From an uncultured delta proteobacterium (GTDB lineage: Bacteria; Myxococcota; Myxococcia; Myxococcales; Myxococcaceae): a DNA stretch of 64,000 nucleotides. The DNA lies in the NCBI GenBank assembly GCA_963713045.1, contig CAVQKE010000007.1, forward strand, positions 32,001 through 96,000. Direction: 5' to 3'. Under the pieces are notes generated by a model. The model saw only the letters and a list, made by a program, of their open reading frames with translations. It was not told the origin of the DNA and ran no database searches. Positions 63,491-64,000 of the stretch are shown here, in pieces (positions within the stretch are counted from its first letter, which is position 1; each line of letters starts with the position of its first letter). Both the position numbers and the translations under genes were made by a program.

Positions 63491-64000
63491 CAGACAGGAC
63501 CGGGGCCGTGCCGAAGGCTTTTGCGGCCCGTGTCGCCCCCTCCAACAGCGGTCTCGGCCAGAGCCCGAGTCCAACCACCGCGAGGAGGCAGAGGGTAATG
63601 GCCGCCCGGAGGGGGAGGCCGGCGTGGAGGGGCGCGGAGGACTTTCCCTCGGACATGAAAGTCGAGCGAGCCACGCCGAGGTAATAGAAGAGGCCCACCA
63701 CAGCCAGCACCACGCCAAGGACAACCGGGACCACCAGGCCGGCGCGGTAGCCCGCGAGGAAGACAAACAGCTTCGCCCAGAAGCCGGCGACGAAGGGGAT
63801 GCCGGCCAGCGAAAGCAAGAAAACCAGCATGGCCGCTCCCAGAAAGGGTGAGCGGCGCGACAGCCCGGCTAGGCGGACGAGTGAATGGCCGCCGGACGCC
63901 TCAGCCGCGGCATGCAGCACGAGGAAAGCGCCGAGATTGGTGAAGACGTAGGTGGCAATGAAAAACAGTGCCATCGCCACCCCAAACTCCGTCCGGGCGC
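63480..64000 (-). CDS. nuoN: NADH-quinone oxidoreductase subunit N, 3' part
   Basis: Y.FTNLGAF, GLSRRSP, LLSLAGIP..AGFWAK, YYL; continues beyond the window. Confidence 0.88.
   Translation of the reverse strand, partial: ARTEFGVAMALFFIATYVFTNLGAFLVLHAAAEASGGHSLVRLAGLSRRSPFLGAAMLVFLLSLAGIPFVAGFWAKLFVFLAGYRAGLVVPVVLGVVLAVVGLFYYLGVARSTFMSEGKSSAPLHAGLPLRAAITLCLLAVVGLGLWPRPLLEGATRAAKAFGTAPVLSATR

Overview
GC-rich, myxobacterial-looking region (three eukaryote-like Ser/Thr kinases, PEGA and Cys-rich lipoproteins). The first ~2.9 kb is a tandem-repeat autotransporter-type passenger joined abruptly to a kinase-TPR gene, which may be a chimeric join. Next come a LigC/Prim-PolC-type repair neighbourhood and tRNA-Arg(CCG). 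After the tRNA lies a ~40 kb accessory mosaic containing surface lipoproteins, IS3/IS66/IS110 and group II intron relics, an uncharacterised 7-gene isoprenoid/lipid operon next to a kinase-ATPase-TPR protein carrying a transposase-like HTH, BtsSR, and several regulator-enzyme pairs. It also holds two probable selenoproteins (DsbA/FrnE UxxC and a secreted peroxiredoxin TxxU), each with a SECIS-like hairpin. The right end holds fumC, malic enzyme, a homologue of fungal sphingolipid C9-methyltransferase, two tandem small zinc-finger paralogues and a hemerythrin behind sigma54-like promoters, and the 3' end of nuoN. Many genes carry single-base frameshifts, probably long-read errors. All family calls come from motif recognition by eye; no searches were run.
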